Source: Vulcanimicrobiota bacterium (lineage in GTDB: Bacteria; Vulcanimicrobiota; Vulcanimicrobiia; Vulcanimicrobiales; Vulcanimicrobiaceae). Taken from it: a stretch of 64,000 nt of DNA. Positions 49,786 through 61,099 of the stretch are shown here, piece by piece (position 1 is the first letter of the stretch; the number at the start of each line of letters is the position of its first letter). Under the pieces are notes generated by a model. The model searched no databases and was not told the DNA's origin. It saw nothing but the letters and a program-made list of their open reading frames with translations. The position numbers were made by a program, and so were the translations under genes. The DNA lies in contig OY970223.1 in the NCBI GenBank assembly GCA_963714015.1, positions 1,504,001 to 1,568,000 on the forward strand, in the 5' to 3' direction.

Positions 49786-50495
49786 ATCGTGATTTCGCGG
49801 GACAACGGCGCCCGAGCGCCGGGCGGGGCACCTAAAACGATTGTCGTGCCACCACCGGATGCCTTCGCCTCGCTCGTGACGATCTGGAACGTGAACGTGC
49901 CGTTTGGAGCGATGCTTCGGGGCAGCATGCGATAAAAATCCGTAGCAATTTCTGCCGCGGCGTCGAATGCATCTTCGGTCGACATCGGTTTTGCCCAATC
50001 GCTGCGCATTGCACGTATCCCTACCGTCGACTTGCCGCCGGATAGCGTTACGCCGGCCGGCCCAAGCCCCGGGAAAATTCCCATTAAACGAACCCAGATC
50101 GCAAACATCGCGAGCTGTGTGGTGATCGAATCATCGGAGCCGCTCGCTTGGGCGGGCATTTGCGCCGGCGTCGGTAGGGCCACTGCGGAGAAATACTGAA
50201 GCCGATGCTGAAGACGCGTACCCACAAGTACGCGTCTTTCAACTTCGCCGCTGCCCGATGTATACAGCGCGGTAAGGAAGTCGCTAAAGGTCTTCATCTC
50301 AAGGAGTTCGATCGCTGCGACCGGAGGCGGCTGCGGGTTTTCGCTACCGCCCTTTTCTCGCATTGCATGGAGCCCTTTGCGCAGAATCTCGTCGAATCCG
50401 TCCCAATCGATCTTCCCGGAAAACGCATGATCGATACCCGCTTGCGTCAATGCTGCGAGCTCAACGGTGGATGGCAAGTTCGCGTTCTGTGTCAC
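49782..50495 (-). CDS. Hypothetical protein
   Basis: 237-aa ORF, no motif recognised. Confidence 0.55.
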   Translation of the reverse strand: MTQNANLPSTVELAALTQAGIDHAFSGKIDWDGFDEILRKGLHAMREKGGSENPQPPPVAAIELLEMKTFSDFLTALYTSGSGEVERRVLVGTRLQHRLQYFSAVALPTPAQMPAQASGSDDSITTQLAMFAIWVRLMGIFPGLGPAGVTLSGGKSTVGIRAMRSDWAKPMSTEDAFDAAAEIATDFYRMLPRSIAPNGTFTFQIVTSEAKASGGGTTIVLGAPPGARAPLSREITI

Positions 50496-50511
50496 TTTGT
50501 GCTTGCGATGA

Positions 50512-51844
50512 CTAGAAGTCGGTGCCGCTCGTGAAGTGGAAGTTTTCGATTTTCGCGGCGGGTACTACGAGTGAGTAGGAGTAACTCCCGGTGCGGTGCA
50601 GCGCGTTGCCGAACTCGCAGCGGCGCAAGCTTTCCAGAATGCTTTGATTGAAGCGCATGTTGCGAACGCCGCACGTGATCTTACCGCCTTCGACGAGGAA
50701 CGTGCCGTCGCGGGTCATGCCGGTAACGATGGCTTTCTTTTGATCGACGGTGCGAATATACCAAAAGCGCGTAACAAGCAACCCGCGTCCGGTCTGCGCG
50801 ATGAGTTCCGTCAGCGGCTTGCTCCCCGGTGCGATTACGAGATTCAGGGGTTGCGGGCCGTAGGCGTTCGGCGCCGGAAGTGCGTGTCCGGTGTTCGGCC
50901 TATGCAGTCGCGCCGCATAGTAGTCTGTCCGTCACGATGTTCTGCGCAACGCCGCCCTTCACGAGCGTCACTCGTTTCTTTGGCTGACCCTCGTAGTCGA
51001 AGGGCATTCCGGGATTGAGCGGATGAGCGTAGTCGTCTTCTATCGTAACGTTCTCGCCCAAATAAGTCTTATCGAGTCCGTCGCTCAAGAAGGACGACTG
51101 CTCCTCAAAGGATTGTGCGGAAAAGTGGTCCGTCAAATATGAGAGTAGCTCGCCGAAAGCGGCAGGCTCGAGGATGACCGTCCAGGGGCCGGGCTCTACC
51201 GCGCGCGGGGCCGCCGAGTCGTGCGCTTTTTGCGCCGATCTGGCTCCGAGCGAATGGGCGTCGAGCTCGCCTACGTCGTTGCTGTAACCTTCGGCAAATC
51301 CGCTCGAGTCGCCGGCGTTCATCTTGACGTTGATGCCGGCATCGGTGCTCTCGAACGAGGCGCGCGCCCCCTCCGAGTTTAGAACGGTCACGCCGCCGGA
51401 AGAAGTCGTAACGAATCCGGCGCACCAGTAGTCCCGGTTCCGCGCTGCCTTGAAGATCTCTTCGGCCATTTCTGCGCGCTGCATCGGTGTGGCGCGCGCG
51501 GTCTGGTCGGCGAAAGCGCCCTCCGGAGGAATGAACGTTCCTCCGCTGGGCAACGACGGCAAATCGGAGTCCTCCGGAGCGAAATTGGCTAATTCGATCG
51601 CGCGCCGCACGACGTCGTCAAGCGCGGTCTCGTCAAGAACATTCGTTCTCGCCACTCCGGTTTTGCATCCGACCACGGCGCGGACTCTGACCGACACGTC
51701 GCTTTCAGCCACATTCTGATGAACGGTGTTGCGGGTGAACCGCGTCAGCTCGCTGTTCGAGGCGAAAACGGAGACTTCGGTTTGGGTTGCGCTCGACCGC
51801 GCGAGCACGCGTTCGGCGAGCGCTTCTCGCTCGGCGCTATCCAT
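50512..51844 (-). CDS. pmbA: TldE/PmbA family protein (frameshift near 50924)
   Basis: TRFTRN, VILEPAA, PFDYEG; then TGMTRDG and NMRF. Confidence 0.85.
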
Positions 51845-53289
51845 CGTAGCCGACTCCGACTTGCACTTCCCGGAACCGTGCCGGAGACGCGCACTGTGCG
51901 GTCCGGCCTGTTTGCATGGGTTCGCCCTTTCCGCAGTTGGGGGTGCCCCACGCTACCCACGATCGTTCGTCTGCTATGGCATCGCACGAATTCCAGAACT
52001 TCGGCGTCACGCCGGCGTAGGTGGGATTCTTGAGCATTCGTCCGCGTTTGCCGTTCTTGATCTCCCATCCCATCTCGCAGCCGAACTGAAAATTCAGGCG
52101 GTGGTCGTCGATCGACCAGGAGCGGTTGCTCTCCATGTAGATTCCGCTCTTGACGTCGTCGAAGAGATTCTCGAACGGCACGTCCCCGGGCAGCAAATTC
52201 AGATTGCACATCCGGATCATCGGCACGTATTCCCAGCTCTGCGCGCGCACGCAGCCGTTGCTCCTGCGTCCGATCGTGCGCGCGGTGTCGTTACTCATTT
52301 CGTAACCAACCAGCAGACCGTTGCGGATGACGTCCGAGACGCCGCTGCGAGTTCCTTCGTCGTCATAGCCGACTGTTGCAAAACCTTGCGGAATGGTGTT
52401 GTCGATCACGATCGTGACCAGGTCGGAGCCATACTTCAACTTGTCCAGTTGGCCGATCTCCAGAAAACTAACGCCCGAGAAATTTGCCTCCCACCCCATG
52501 ACGCGATCCAGTTCCGCAGGGATGTCCGCACGATTCGTGCATCTGCAGCGAGACTTGCGATCCGCCCAGGACGACGTCGAACGTTCCGCTGGGACATTGG
52601 GGCGCATCGAGCAGCGCGACGGCTTCGTGCGCAATTCGTTGCGCATTCTCGCGCAGCGCCGCTTGCTCTACGATCTCCCACCCTCCGGACTTGTACAATC
52701 CGACGTCTCCGGGGTAGGTGCGGCGCTGCACGTCGCGATCCCCGACTGCCAGAGCTTGAATGCCGCTGCCCGTTTGGCGAATCGATTGTTCGATGCGCGA
52801 GCCGATGCTGCTGTAGAAAATCTTGTCCGTAGTCCAAAGATCCAGCCACGATCGGCCGACGGTGATCTTGCCGGATACGTGCAACTCCTTTTCGGCATCG
52901 AGCAGCAGCGCTACGCGATCGCCCAGCGAAACCTCACGCGGATCGCGCAGCATCGCGGTCGCGAATCGGTCGGTGTACGCGCTAAGGGGGGCTTGGCCGA
53001 TGCGCTGCAGCCCTATCGACGCCCCGGCCTGCGCAATTTCGACTGCTCTCGCTGCGGCGCGATCGACGCCGTCTTCGCTCATATCGGAGCTTGCGGCGAA
53101 TCCCCATGCTCCGTCCACCAGTGCGCGGATCCCGTATCCGCGGCTGGTTGAATCGGAGAGCGTTGCCACAACGCCGTTCCGGACTTCAATCCGTTCGGCA
53201 CGCGCAACTTCGAAACGGACGTCCGTATAATCCGCGCCTTGCTTTGCTGCAGTGTCCATTGCGCGGGCGGCCAGGCCGTCGAAACTCAT
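51837..53289 (-). CDS. tldD: TldD family metalloprotease (frameshift near 52520)
   Basis: HESCGH, YDDEG, CGKGEP. Confidence 0.88.
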
Positions 53290-53296
53290 TCGGCGC

Positions 53297-55402
53297 CTAT
53301 TTGGGAGTACTAATGACGCTGCCTGCCAGAATCACGCGCAAGGTGCCGATTGCAATCTCTCCGGCCGCTTTTACCGCGGGGCCCGGCCCGACGCGATCGA
53401 TGACATAGAGCGATTTGAGCGTAATCGGCTGCGGCAACGCCGCCGGGAATCGCAGCTCGACGTGCCGCCAGCCGTGCCAATTGACTGCCGCAATCGTGTA
53501 CAGAAAGCGTTCGTTCATTGCGTTGTTCACGGCGGCCCGCAAAATCTCGCCGTTGCCGTCGCCGTAGACTTCGGCCGAGATGCCGAGAGCGCGTTCCGGC
53601 AGACGAGCTTCGTCATCCGCGTAAGCCGCGCGTTCATCGCCGCTGAAATCGTACCGGAGTTCGACGCAATTGCTGCAGCCCTGTCCGCTCGATAGACCGC
53701 CGGGTTCCCCGCGAGGCGACGTCGAAAACGACGCGCCGGAAAGCGCTAAATCCATCGTGTGCTGTCCCACGGTAACGTCCTGGCCGAAAATCCGATCGCC
53801 CAAGCGCACGGCGACGTATGCGTCGCTTTCGTTCGCGCGGAAATTGCCTTCGCCGTCTATCGTTGCGTTACGGGCGCTCCACGGCAGCGCCTGCGGCAAC
53901 GCAATGGGATAACCGCGCGGATCGAATGCCGCAGCCTGCATCTGCACCACGCCGTGCGCCAAAAGTGCCGGATGCAGGGGTAGAATTTCCGCGCGCGCAG
54001 CCGAGCGCGTTACGCGTACCGGAATCTGCATATGCAAGGGGCCGGCGTGAACTTGGAGCGTTGCATCGCCTATTCGAGTGCCCGCGATAAAGACGCCCCC
54101 GTCGATCGTCCCCGCGCTCGACGGAGCGACGTCCATACGTACGGCGCAAGCGCACGTTACGGCGTGCCCGGCATAGTCCGTAATCGCCGTCCGAATTGGA
54201 ACGCGCGCGCCTGGAAACGCTAGAATTTGCTGAGGACTCGAGTAAAGACGCGCCGCCGCCCCATGCGGTGCATCGCTATAGACGAAGAGGCCGTCGCCGA
54301 CTTGCCGCTCTTTGCCGTCGGACGGAGAATTTTGCACTTGTGCGTCGGTCGCACCCGGAAGACGCGCCACGATCGTCGAGCTTCCGCCGCCGTCGAATTG
54401 CATGCCCGTCTGGGCACCGAACGCAATCATCAGTGACGCGAACTGCGGCTGCAATACGCCGATCGAAAGCGCCGGCTGACGCCCGTCGATCTCGAACAAC
54501 AGCAGCGTGCCGTCTTTTGTGAGGGCCGCTCCGGTCGCCGGCATATGCGTCGCGAACTCACCTTTCGAGGGGCCGTCGGGATCGGCGTACCATGCGCCGT
54601 CTTTGACCAGCAGCGGTCCGCCGCCGATTGCCGAAGCTACGTCGTCGAATTGCGCCGCGTTCTGATCGGAAATGGTCACCGTATCGCCGGGGTTGGGCGG
54701 ATCGGCTTGACCGTAGGAATTCTCTCCGATGGCCAGATAGTATCCCGGAGGCTGCGGCACGGTATTGTCGGCGATCGACGTAACGCGATACGCTGCGAAC
54801 GGCGGCGTGCCCGAAACGGGCGTGAGCGCGATCTCGGTCACGTTCTGCTCGGCGCGCAGCGTGCCGTACTCCGGAGTGATGAAGACGGCGCCCTCGCCCG
54901 GCGGCGGCCAGTCATTCATCGTTTTGAGGTCCACCGTACCACCGGGTAGTGAAGCTTGCGCACTAAATTGAAACTCTTCGAACGTTACCGCCTTCTGCGG
55001 CGAAAACGCTATTGCCCAGCGCTGCATCGGCGCGCGAATAAGGCGACCGTTTTCAACGAGAACGTTGAGCGGCTGATTGGTCTGATTGATGTCGAAGTAG
55101 TCGCCGTTTATGCCCGCTACCGCGCCCGTGCGGCGGGCCATTGAAGAGACGGTCTCACCGGCGGAAACGAGTTTGTCCTGCGCGAGTACGGTGCCGATTC
55201 GTACCGTCGGCTCGTGAAGATCGATCGCGACGACGTGTACCGATAGCGGTCCGTCCGCGGTGAGCATCTCGTAATCGCCGTACCGAATACCGGGCGCTAC
55301 GTCGGCGATCGTCGGTGCATCGGTAACGATCTTCGGAAAAGGAGCGGCAGGCTCGGGAGAGAGGGGCAACAACGCCGCCAGCAAGAGTGAAATTACGGCC
55401 AC
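53297..55402 (-). CDS. Secreted phosphodiester glycosidase (NAGPA-like) with extra domains
   Basis: GINGDYF, GGGP, IDGRQ, FDGGGS. Confidence 0.82.
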   Translation of the reverse strand: MAVISLLLAALLPLSPEPAAPFPKIVTDAPTIADVAPGIRYGDYEMLTADGPLSVHVVAIDLHEPTVRIGTVLAQDKLVSAGETVSSMARRTGAVAGINGDYFDINQTNQPLNVLVENGRLIRAPMQRWAIAFSPQKAVTFEEFQFSAQASLPGGTVDLKTMNDWPPPGEGAVFITPEYGTLRAEQNVTEIALTPVSGTPPFAAYRVTSIADNTVPQPPGYYLAIGENSYGQADPPNPGDTVTISDQNAAQFDDVASAIGGGPLLVKDGAWYADPDGPSKGEFATHMPATGAALTKDGTLLLFEIDGRQPALSIGVLQPQFASLMIAFGAQTGMQFDGGGSSTIVARLPGATDAQVQNSPSDGKERQVGDGLFVYSDAPHGAAARLYSSPQQILAFPGARVPIRTAITDYAGHAVTCACAVRMDVAPSSAGTIDGGVFIAGTRIGDATLQVHAGPLHMQIPVRVTRSAARAEILPLHPALLAHGVVQMQAAAFDPRGYPIALPQALPWSARNATIDGEGNFRANESDAYVAVRLGDRIFGQDVTVGQHTMDLALSGASFSTSPRGEPGGLSSGQGCSNCVELRYDFSGDERAAYADDEARLPERALGISAEVYGDGNGEILRAAVNNAMNERFLYTIAAVNWHGWRHVELRFPAALPQPITLKSLYVIDRVGPGPAVKAAGEIAIGTLRVILAGSVISTPK

Positions 55403-56622
55403 GATGCGATGCTGAGCGGAAAGCCTCCCGTAGCGAACGGTGCACCCGCCAGGCGGTGCAATGTCTTGATATCAAAGACGTCGACCTTATTGTCGCGAGC
55501 GCAAGGGACGAACAGCCGGCCGTCCGCAATATGCGGGCGCCATGGCGTGCGGCAAGTTTCCAAAGGCGCCCGAACGGGCGCTAAGGTCTTGGTGCTGAGC
55601 ACGTAAACCATGTTCGTTGCTTCGTCGGTAACGAGGAGCCGTCTGCGCGGCGCGTCTAAAACGATACCGAGCGGGAACGTGAAGTATCCGCTGCGCCGGA
55701 CGATGTGCGGATGCGCGCTCCCGGCGTCGATTTCCGCCACGTATCCTCCGTGCGTGTTCATTCCCGGGCTCGAGTTCGAGACGGCATAGAGACGTCGCGT
55801 GCCGGCGTCGAGCGCAATACCGAACGTGCGATCCACGCTGGGCAGCTTGCGCAGCACGCGCATCGTTCGCGCATCGACCGCCGCTACGCTGCGTTCGTTG
55901 ACGTTGCCCACATAGACGACTTGGCGCTTTTCGTCGATCGTCAAACCTTCGGCAGTGTTCCCCGTTGGCACCAATCGAACTTGGCCGCCCGGAGTCACGC
56001 GCGTCAGCGCCCCGCTCGGTCCTGCGTCGCGGTCGCTCACGAAGATGTCGCCGGTCCGGCTGTCGACCGCGATCTCGTTCGCCTCCGGTACTCCGCGGAT
56101 GCGCTCCACCGTCCACGGTTTGCGCTTGATGTACGTCAGAACATCGCCGTCGGTGTCCGCGGAGAGAATTGTTCCGTCTCGCTCGAACGCGACGTCGCCC
56201 GGCGGACCGCCGATTGGAGCGTAACCGAGCAGGGCAAACGTGCGCGGGTCGTGCAGCGCGATACCGCTGTCATAAGTTGCAACCGCGAGAAGGGGCCGAT
56301 CCGGTGAGGGCGGCGGCACGATTCGCACCGTGCTGTACGCAACCGCGCCGCGCGCCGCTCCGATCAGCGTTGCCGTTTGCGGCGAGCTCACGATCGGCGC
56401 TATGTATTCGTGCCCTTGCACTTTTCCGGGGCCGAGCACCGAAAGCGAAAAATTTCCTTGAATCCCTGTCGCATCGACGAGGATACGGCTTCCCGCGATG
56501 AACGGGCCGCCGCCCGCCTGCAGCGCAAAGGACCCGGTTTTCTTGAACGCTCTTTGTGACGGCGTTGCGGCGGTCAACAGCATTGCAGCCGCAAGAACGC
56601 AGAGGATCTTAAGAATGCGCAT
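55393..56622 (-). CDS. Secreted YncE/YVTN-like beta-propeller protein
   Basis: Signal peptide; repeated P.G..D...LYV blades. Confidence 0.75.
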   Translation of the reverse strand: MRILKILCVLAAAMLLTAATPSQRAFKKTGSFALQAGGGPFIAGSRILVDATGIQGNFSLSVLGPGKVQGHEYIAPIVSSPQTATLIGAARGAVAYSTVRIVPPPSPDRPLLAVATYDSGIALHDPRTFALLGYAPIGGPPGDVAFERDGTILSADTDGDVLTYIKRKPWTVERIRGVPEANEIAVDSRTGDIFVSDRDAGPSGALTRVTPGGQVRLVPTGNTAEGLTIDEKRQVVYVGNVNERSVAAVDARTMRVLRKLPSVDRTFGIALDAGTRRLYAVSNSSPGMNTHGGYVAEIDAGSAHPHIVRRSGYFTFPLGIVLDAPRRRLLVTDEATNMVYVLSTKTLAPVRAPLETCRTPWRPHIADGRLFVPCARDNKVDVFDIKTLHRLAGAPFATGGFPLSIASWP

Positions 56623-57902
56623 GCGCACTCGCTCGTTGCAGTCCGGCACGCACGTCGGTTCCGGGAGCGACCAACGTCTGATCGGCCTTCGCCGGATCGT
56701 ACGTGAACGATGCCATCGCATAGTCGCCGAACGTGCCGCAAATCACCGCACCGTCCGGATCGACCGCGAAGGCGCGATTGGCGGCATCGATCGTGATGAC
56801 GTACATGCGCAACTCGATCGCGCGCGTGCGGGCAAAGGCTGCTTGACTGGATTCATCGGCTTGCGTCGTCCAAACCGCGAGATCGGCGCCTCCCAGCCGC
56901 GCTGCGACGAGGCCCGCCGGATCGTACATCGTGTCATCGCCGACGAAGAGCACCGGTGCATCGTCGTTTCCGGCAGCGGGATACGTCGACTGCGGCATGA
57001 TCAGAAGCTCCGCTTCCAGGATTCGCAGACGTTCTTCCATGTAGCGCTCGGTCTGCAGTTCTTCGCGCGAGATTGCTATGCGGACCGGCTTGCGAACGCG
57101 TCCGTCACGATTTACCGGCGAAAGGCTTGGGAGCTCCCTCCGCGAGGTGCGAGGCGGTCCCACCGCTATTGAAGCGTAGAGCGTCTCTTCACTGTCCTGC
57201 GACGCCATTGCAAGAACGACGCCATCTGCGTCGACGATCTGGCTCTTGCCGCAATACGCAACGCAGTCGAGTTCGACGCCGCACTTGTTTGCGGCAACGA
57301 AGGGGACGGCGTTCTCTCGCGCGCGCATTCGCGCCAGCAGATCCGCTTGCACATTCTCCAGGAACGACGGATCCCGCCCGCTTGTTACCCACGCCGTGGG
57401 CATCACGAGCAATTCGGCGCCCTGGTCTACCAGCGTTTTTGCTATGAGGGGAATCCGTCCGTCGGCGCAGACGAGGACGCCCAACGTGCCGGCGGACGTG
57501 CGGATAGGCTCGATCCGTTCCCCCGGCGCGAACCATTGACGGTCGAAATGCCACAGAAAGTGCTTGTCGGCCGTTCCCGCAACGCTGCCGTCGCTATCGA
57601 TGACGATGGCGCTGTTGAAGGTCTGCTCACCATCCCGGCGGGCGGCCCCAATCACGACCACTATCTCCAGCTCTCGAGCCAGCGCGGCACATTCGTCCAG
57701 CCTGCGCCCGGACTTCGCGCCCATCGTATGCTTCGTAACCCAGCACGTACGCAGGCAGCGTCCCTTCCGGCAGAACGACCAGTTTTGCGCCCGCCGTTGC
57801 CGCACTGCGAATCCGAGCGGCAATTCCCGGCCAAATCCGAGGGAGCGCGCCGCGATCGTAAGCGCGCGTCTGCACCGCCCCGACGGTGAGCGTTCGAAGC
57901 AT
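56609..57902 (-). CDS. Carbon-nitrogen hydrolase (nitrilase family) with a degenerate second domain; frameshift near 57710
   Basis: LPEG, DKHFLW, VCADG catalytic triad. Confidence 0.8.
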
Positions 57903-58039
57903 CGTGCGATGGTGTTCGCACCCGACGCCCGCGTCCTTTCCGAACTGTCCCCCCCGCTCTCGCGGTAAAGCAAGCAGCTTCAGCCGGCGGGCGAGCGGGC
58001 CGATGCTCTAGTGCAGGGGAGGGAAAGGAGCGGTGCGCC

Positions 58040-58495
58040 GTGCGCGTCCGCCGACTATTTTTCGCCGTCATTCTCATCCCAGCACTCCTCTCATTTTCCG
58101 GAGGTCCCGCGCACGCGGCTCGTGCGCCTAAGGCCGCCGCGGCAAAGGTGGCGCCCGCGGACGAATACTTCGGCCGCTTGAAAATGAGCATTCTCGGCAT
58201 ACGCAATCAACTGCGAGATCTTTCGCTGCGTCTGCAATACGCGCCGGATCGGGGCCAGGACGTACTCGGATCCGCGGGCTTCATCGAAGATGCGCTGCGC
58301 GATTGGGAGCGCAAGTATCCCGCCGATCCTTGGCTCGCCAAAAGCGTCTACGATCTGACGAACTTGTACGCGAGCGTGCATTCGGACATCGGCCGCGCGG
58401 ACGCACTGCGCGCGTTCCATTGGCTGCAAGACCGGTATGCCAAGACGACGTACGCAGCGCAAGCACGCATCCAACTTGCCGCCACGATGAAGTAA
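58040..58495 (+). CDS. Secreted hypothetical protein (APxDEYFG family)
   Basis: Strong SD, signal peptide, APADEYFGRLKMS, KYPADPWL. Confidence 0.75.
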   Translation: MRVRRLFFAVILIPALLSFSGGPAHAARAPKAAAAKVAPADEYFGRLKMSILGIRNQLRDLSLRLQYAPDRGQDVLGSAGFIEDALRDWERKYPADPWLAKSVYDLTNLYASVHSDIGRADALRAFHWLQDRYAKTTYAAQARIQLAATMK

Positions 58496-58556
58496 ATACG
58501 GTCCCCGCCAGCGTAACACCGCATCAACGCCTTGCGCAAAACAGAAAGGACCGTCG

Positions 58557-59553
58557 TTGAAGCGCGTTTCGCTCTCGCTTTTGCCTGCTGCAACCGTTCT
58601 GGCCATCGCCGGGTCGGTTGCAGCAGCGCCGATGTCGGCACCAGCGCCGAAAGCAACCGCAACTCCGTCTGCGTCCAAAGACAAGAAGCCTGCGGTCAAA
58701 CCCACGCCCAAACTCTCGAAATGGCAGCAGCACATCAACCAGATCCTGCAAGCCTCCGCTCCCGGCGACGAATATTTCGGCCGCATGAAGATGAGCTGAT
58801 TTGGGGATCAACAACACGTTCCGGGACGATCTGATTCGGGCGGGCGCTTACACCACGGATCCAAAACTGCTCTCGGGTATCCGCTTTGCCGACGAAGCGC
58901 TCACCGCTTGGGCAAAAAAATATCCCAACGACCCGCAGCTCGCGCGGTCGTATTTCTTGGCCTTCCAGATGTATCGCAAAATTTGGATGCAGACCTATCA
59001 AGACAAAGCTTGGCAATACGCGCACATCGTGGTGGAAAAATGGCCGTCCAGCTTCTTCGGAAAGACGCTGTCCAAAGATCTGAAGATTGGTTTTACCGAG
59101 CACTACTTCGAGGCAGCGGTCCCGTGCCCAGCGACTCCCGAACCTTTGCCATCGGGCACGCCGAACAAACATGCGACGCCCACGCCATCGCCGACGCCGA
59201 CCGAGACACCGACGCCGACTCCGTCGCCGACACCGACTCCGGCGCCTGGCATGCCGCCGGTGCAAGTACTGCCGGTCCCGTGCTTCACGCCGTCGCCTGC
59301 ACCAACGATCGCTCCAATCGCCGCACCCTCGGAATCGCCGGCGCCAATCGTATCGCCGAGCGGCTCGCCGTCGCCGGGCGCGTCTGGGTCGCCGAGCGCG
59401 TCGAGTTCTCCGAGCGGCTCGCCCTCGGCGCCGGCTAGCCCGTCCTCGCCGTTGCCTGGTTCTTCCGCTTCGCCGAGCACGCCGGCTTCGACGTCTCCCT
59501 CACCCGCTCCGACCCACAAACCTCACCGGCGAATGAAGGGCTTAGTGCGGTGA
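58557..59553 (+). CDS. Secreted paralog of the APxDEYFG family with a PT/PS-rich tail; frameshift near 58797
   Basis: APGDEYFGRMKMS, then GINN...KYPNDPQL in the next frame. Confidence 0.72.
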
Positions 59554-60195
59554 CAGCATGGCGTGCTTGATGTTGGCGATCTCTGCAGGCGTGATGTTGT
59601 CGGCCTGAATGATGACCACCTCATTGCCCACCTGCCACACTTGCGTTGCGCGAAGGCGGTGACCGCCGGGCGTCAGCACCCAGCGATAGCGTTCTTCCGG
59701 ATTCGTAATGCTGTGAGCCGGCCCGCTGACGATCTTTGCATTCGCGAGAACGACCCACAACAAGTGATCGCTCCGGCGCCAGGCGCCTGGAAGATCGTAA
59801 GTTATCGCGATCGCACTTCGGCCGGCGCCGATCATTTGCATGGGCGTCGTTCCTGGCGGCAATCCGGACGGATAAACGACGCGGAAATCCGCGCGCGCCG
59901 CTGCCGCGCGAAGATCGTTTCGGGTCGGATGGCGCACGTACTTTCCGCTGTCCGTTGCTATCTTCAAATTAAGGTTCGAATCGAAAAAGACGTGCGTATG
60001 ACCCAGAATCGAAGCGGCAGCGGCTAGGGCGGCCGCCGAAAACAACGCGGCAGCGGCCCCTGCAAAACGCTTGGAACGGAACGATCCCGGCTCGATCGGG
60101 CGCGTAGCCGCATCCCGAATTGCGCCCATCGGCGCGGGCGGGACGGCGATCTCGGCGCGTGCGAAGGCGCACAGGCGGCTAAAATCCGATGACAT
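59542..60195 (-). CDS. Putative membrane-anchored anti-sigma factor
   Basis: Overlaps the ECF sigma 3' end; one hydrophobic segment. Confidence 0.55.
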   Translation of the reverse strand: MSSDFSRLCAFARAEIAVPPAPMGAIRDAATRPIEPGSFRSKRFAGAAAALFSAAALAAAASILGHTHVFFDSNLNLKIATDSGKYVRHPTRNDLRAAAARADFRVVYPSGLPPGTTPMQMIGAGRSAIAITYDLPGAWRRSDHLLWVVLANAKIVSGPAHSITNPEERYRWVLTPGGHRLRATQVWQVGNEVVIIQADNITPAEIANIKHAMLSPH

Positions 60196-60715
60196 GCGAT
60201 TCAACTCCCTGTGTATTTTCATTTGCCTTATCGTCAAGCAGCGGCCGCAGCCGTCTTTTTGCAACCATCAACCTGAAACGGACGGTCGGCGCCGGTATCC
60301 CCAGCACCGTCCCTATCTCCGAACTGTTGAATTCCTCGAAGTACCGCAGCACGACGACATCCCGCAGATGCTTCGGCAGCGAATCGAGCGCGCGCCACAC
60401 GTCTATCGGCGTTGTGTCGTCGGCAGGAACGGCGACCGTCCGGATCTGCACTGACGCTTGAACCGAGCGGCGCCGCAGTTTGCCGGCCTCGCGCACGACG
60501 ATGCGCGAAAACCATACGCGAAAAGCGTCGACGCTGCGCAACTTCGAAATCGATCGATAGAGGACGACGCACGCTTCCTGCGCCGCATCCTCTGCGAGCT
60601 GCGCTTCACCAAGCACCGCGTATGCCAGGCGGTAAGCCGCCGGCCACACCGCTTCGATGAGCCGGTCCAAGTCGTCCGTCCCGCCTCCGCGCGCAGCCTC
60701 GACGATGTCCTTCAT
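60179..60715 (-). CDS. ECF sigma factor
   Basis: AEDAAQEA, FRVWFSRI, EIGTVLGIPAPTVRFRL. Confidence 0.9.
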   Translation of the reverse strand: MKDIVEAARGGGTDDLDRLIEAVWPAAYRLAYAVLGEAQLAEDAAQEACVVLYRSISKLRSVDAFRVWFSRIVVREAGKLRRRSVQASVQIRTVAVPADDTTPIDVWRALDSLPKHLRDVVVLRYFEEFNSSEIGTVLGIPAPTVRFRLMVAKRRLRPLLDDKANENTQGVESHVIGF

Positions 60716-60855
60716 ATCTCTATAGAGCGAGCAACGGCGCCAAACTGTTTGTTTTTGCCAATTTTTCCCCGCGCTTATTCCTCAAGGTCCATCGCCCACG
60801 CGTCTCACGAGCGAAGGGCCTCGCGCACTTCGGTGCTCGATACTTGCGCCTGCGC

Positions 60856-61028
60856 AATTGATGCGGGCTGGGCTGTGAGGTGCCGGGGGCGCGCTCCGAC
60901 TTTTCCGCGCAAACACGGATGTTTTTTCCTTACTCGTCTCGCGGAAAAGCGGCGCGAGCAGAAAATTTCCATGGAGGGAAATTTTCTAGCGGCGACCCGG
61001 GCACCTCACAGCCCAGCCCGCATCAATT
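60856..61028. other. 173-bp element with perfect 29-bp terminal inverted repeats (MITE-like or structured ncRNA)
   Basis: AATTGATGCGGGCTGGGCTGTGAGGTGCC at 60856-60884 and its reverse complement at 61000-61028; two inner hairpins. Confidence 0.75.
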
Positions 61029-61040
61029 AACCGCACAACC

Positions 61041-61076
61041 AAAAGAAAAGAGCCCCGCGAAATGCGAGGCTCTTTC
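61041..61076 (-). terminator. Intrinsic terminator
   Basis: AAAGAGCCTCGC-ATTTC-GCGGGGCTCTTTTCTTTT just after the stop at 61100. Confidence 0.8.
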
Positions 61077-61099
61077 CGGTTCTAGTTACGCCGAAGCGA

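Noticed and set aside
57934..58029. SD-sequestering hairpin (TCCTTTCC/GGAAAGGA)
   Set aside because: It spans nearly the whole divergent promoter gap, so both arms are unlikely to be in one transcript
58797..58799. TGA after KMS as selenocysteine
   Set aside because: Homology with the paralog resumes in another frame, so this is an insertion; the same applies to TGA at 19115 in the rhodanese
59150..59520. PT/PS-rich repeats (also 34300-34620) as DNA repeat elements
   Set aside because: Ordinary low-complexity protein linkers
60856..61028. Retron msr-msd or autonomous IS
   Set aside because: No reverse transcriptase or transposase ORF in the window; kept only as an unassigned element
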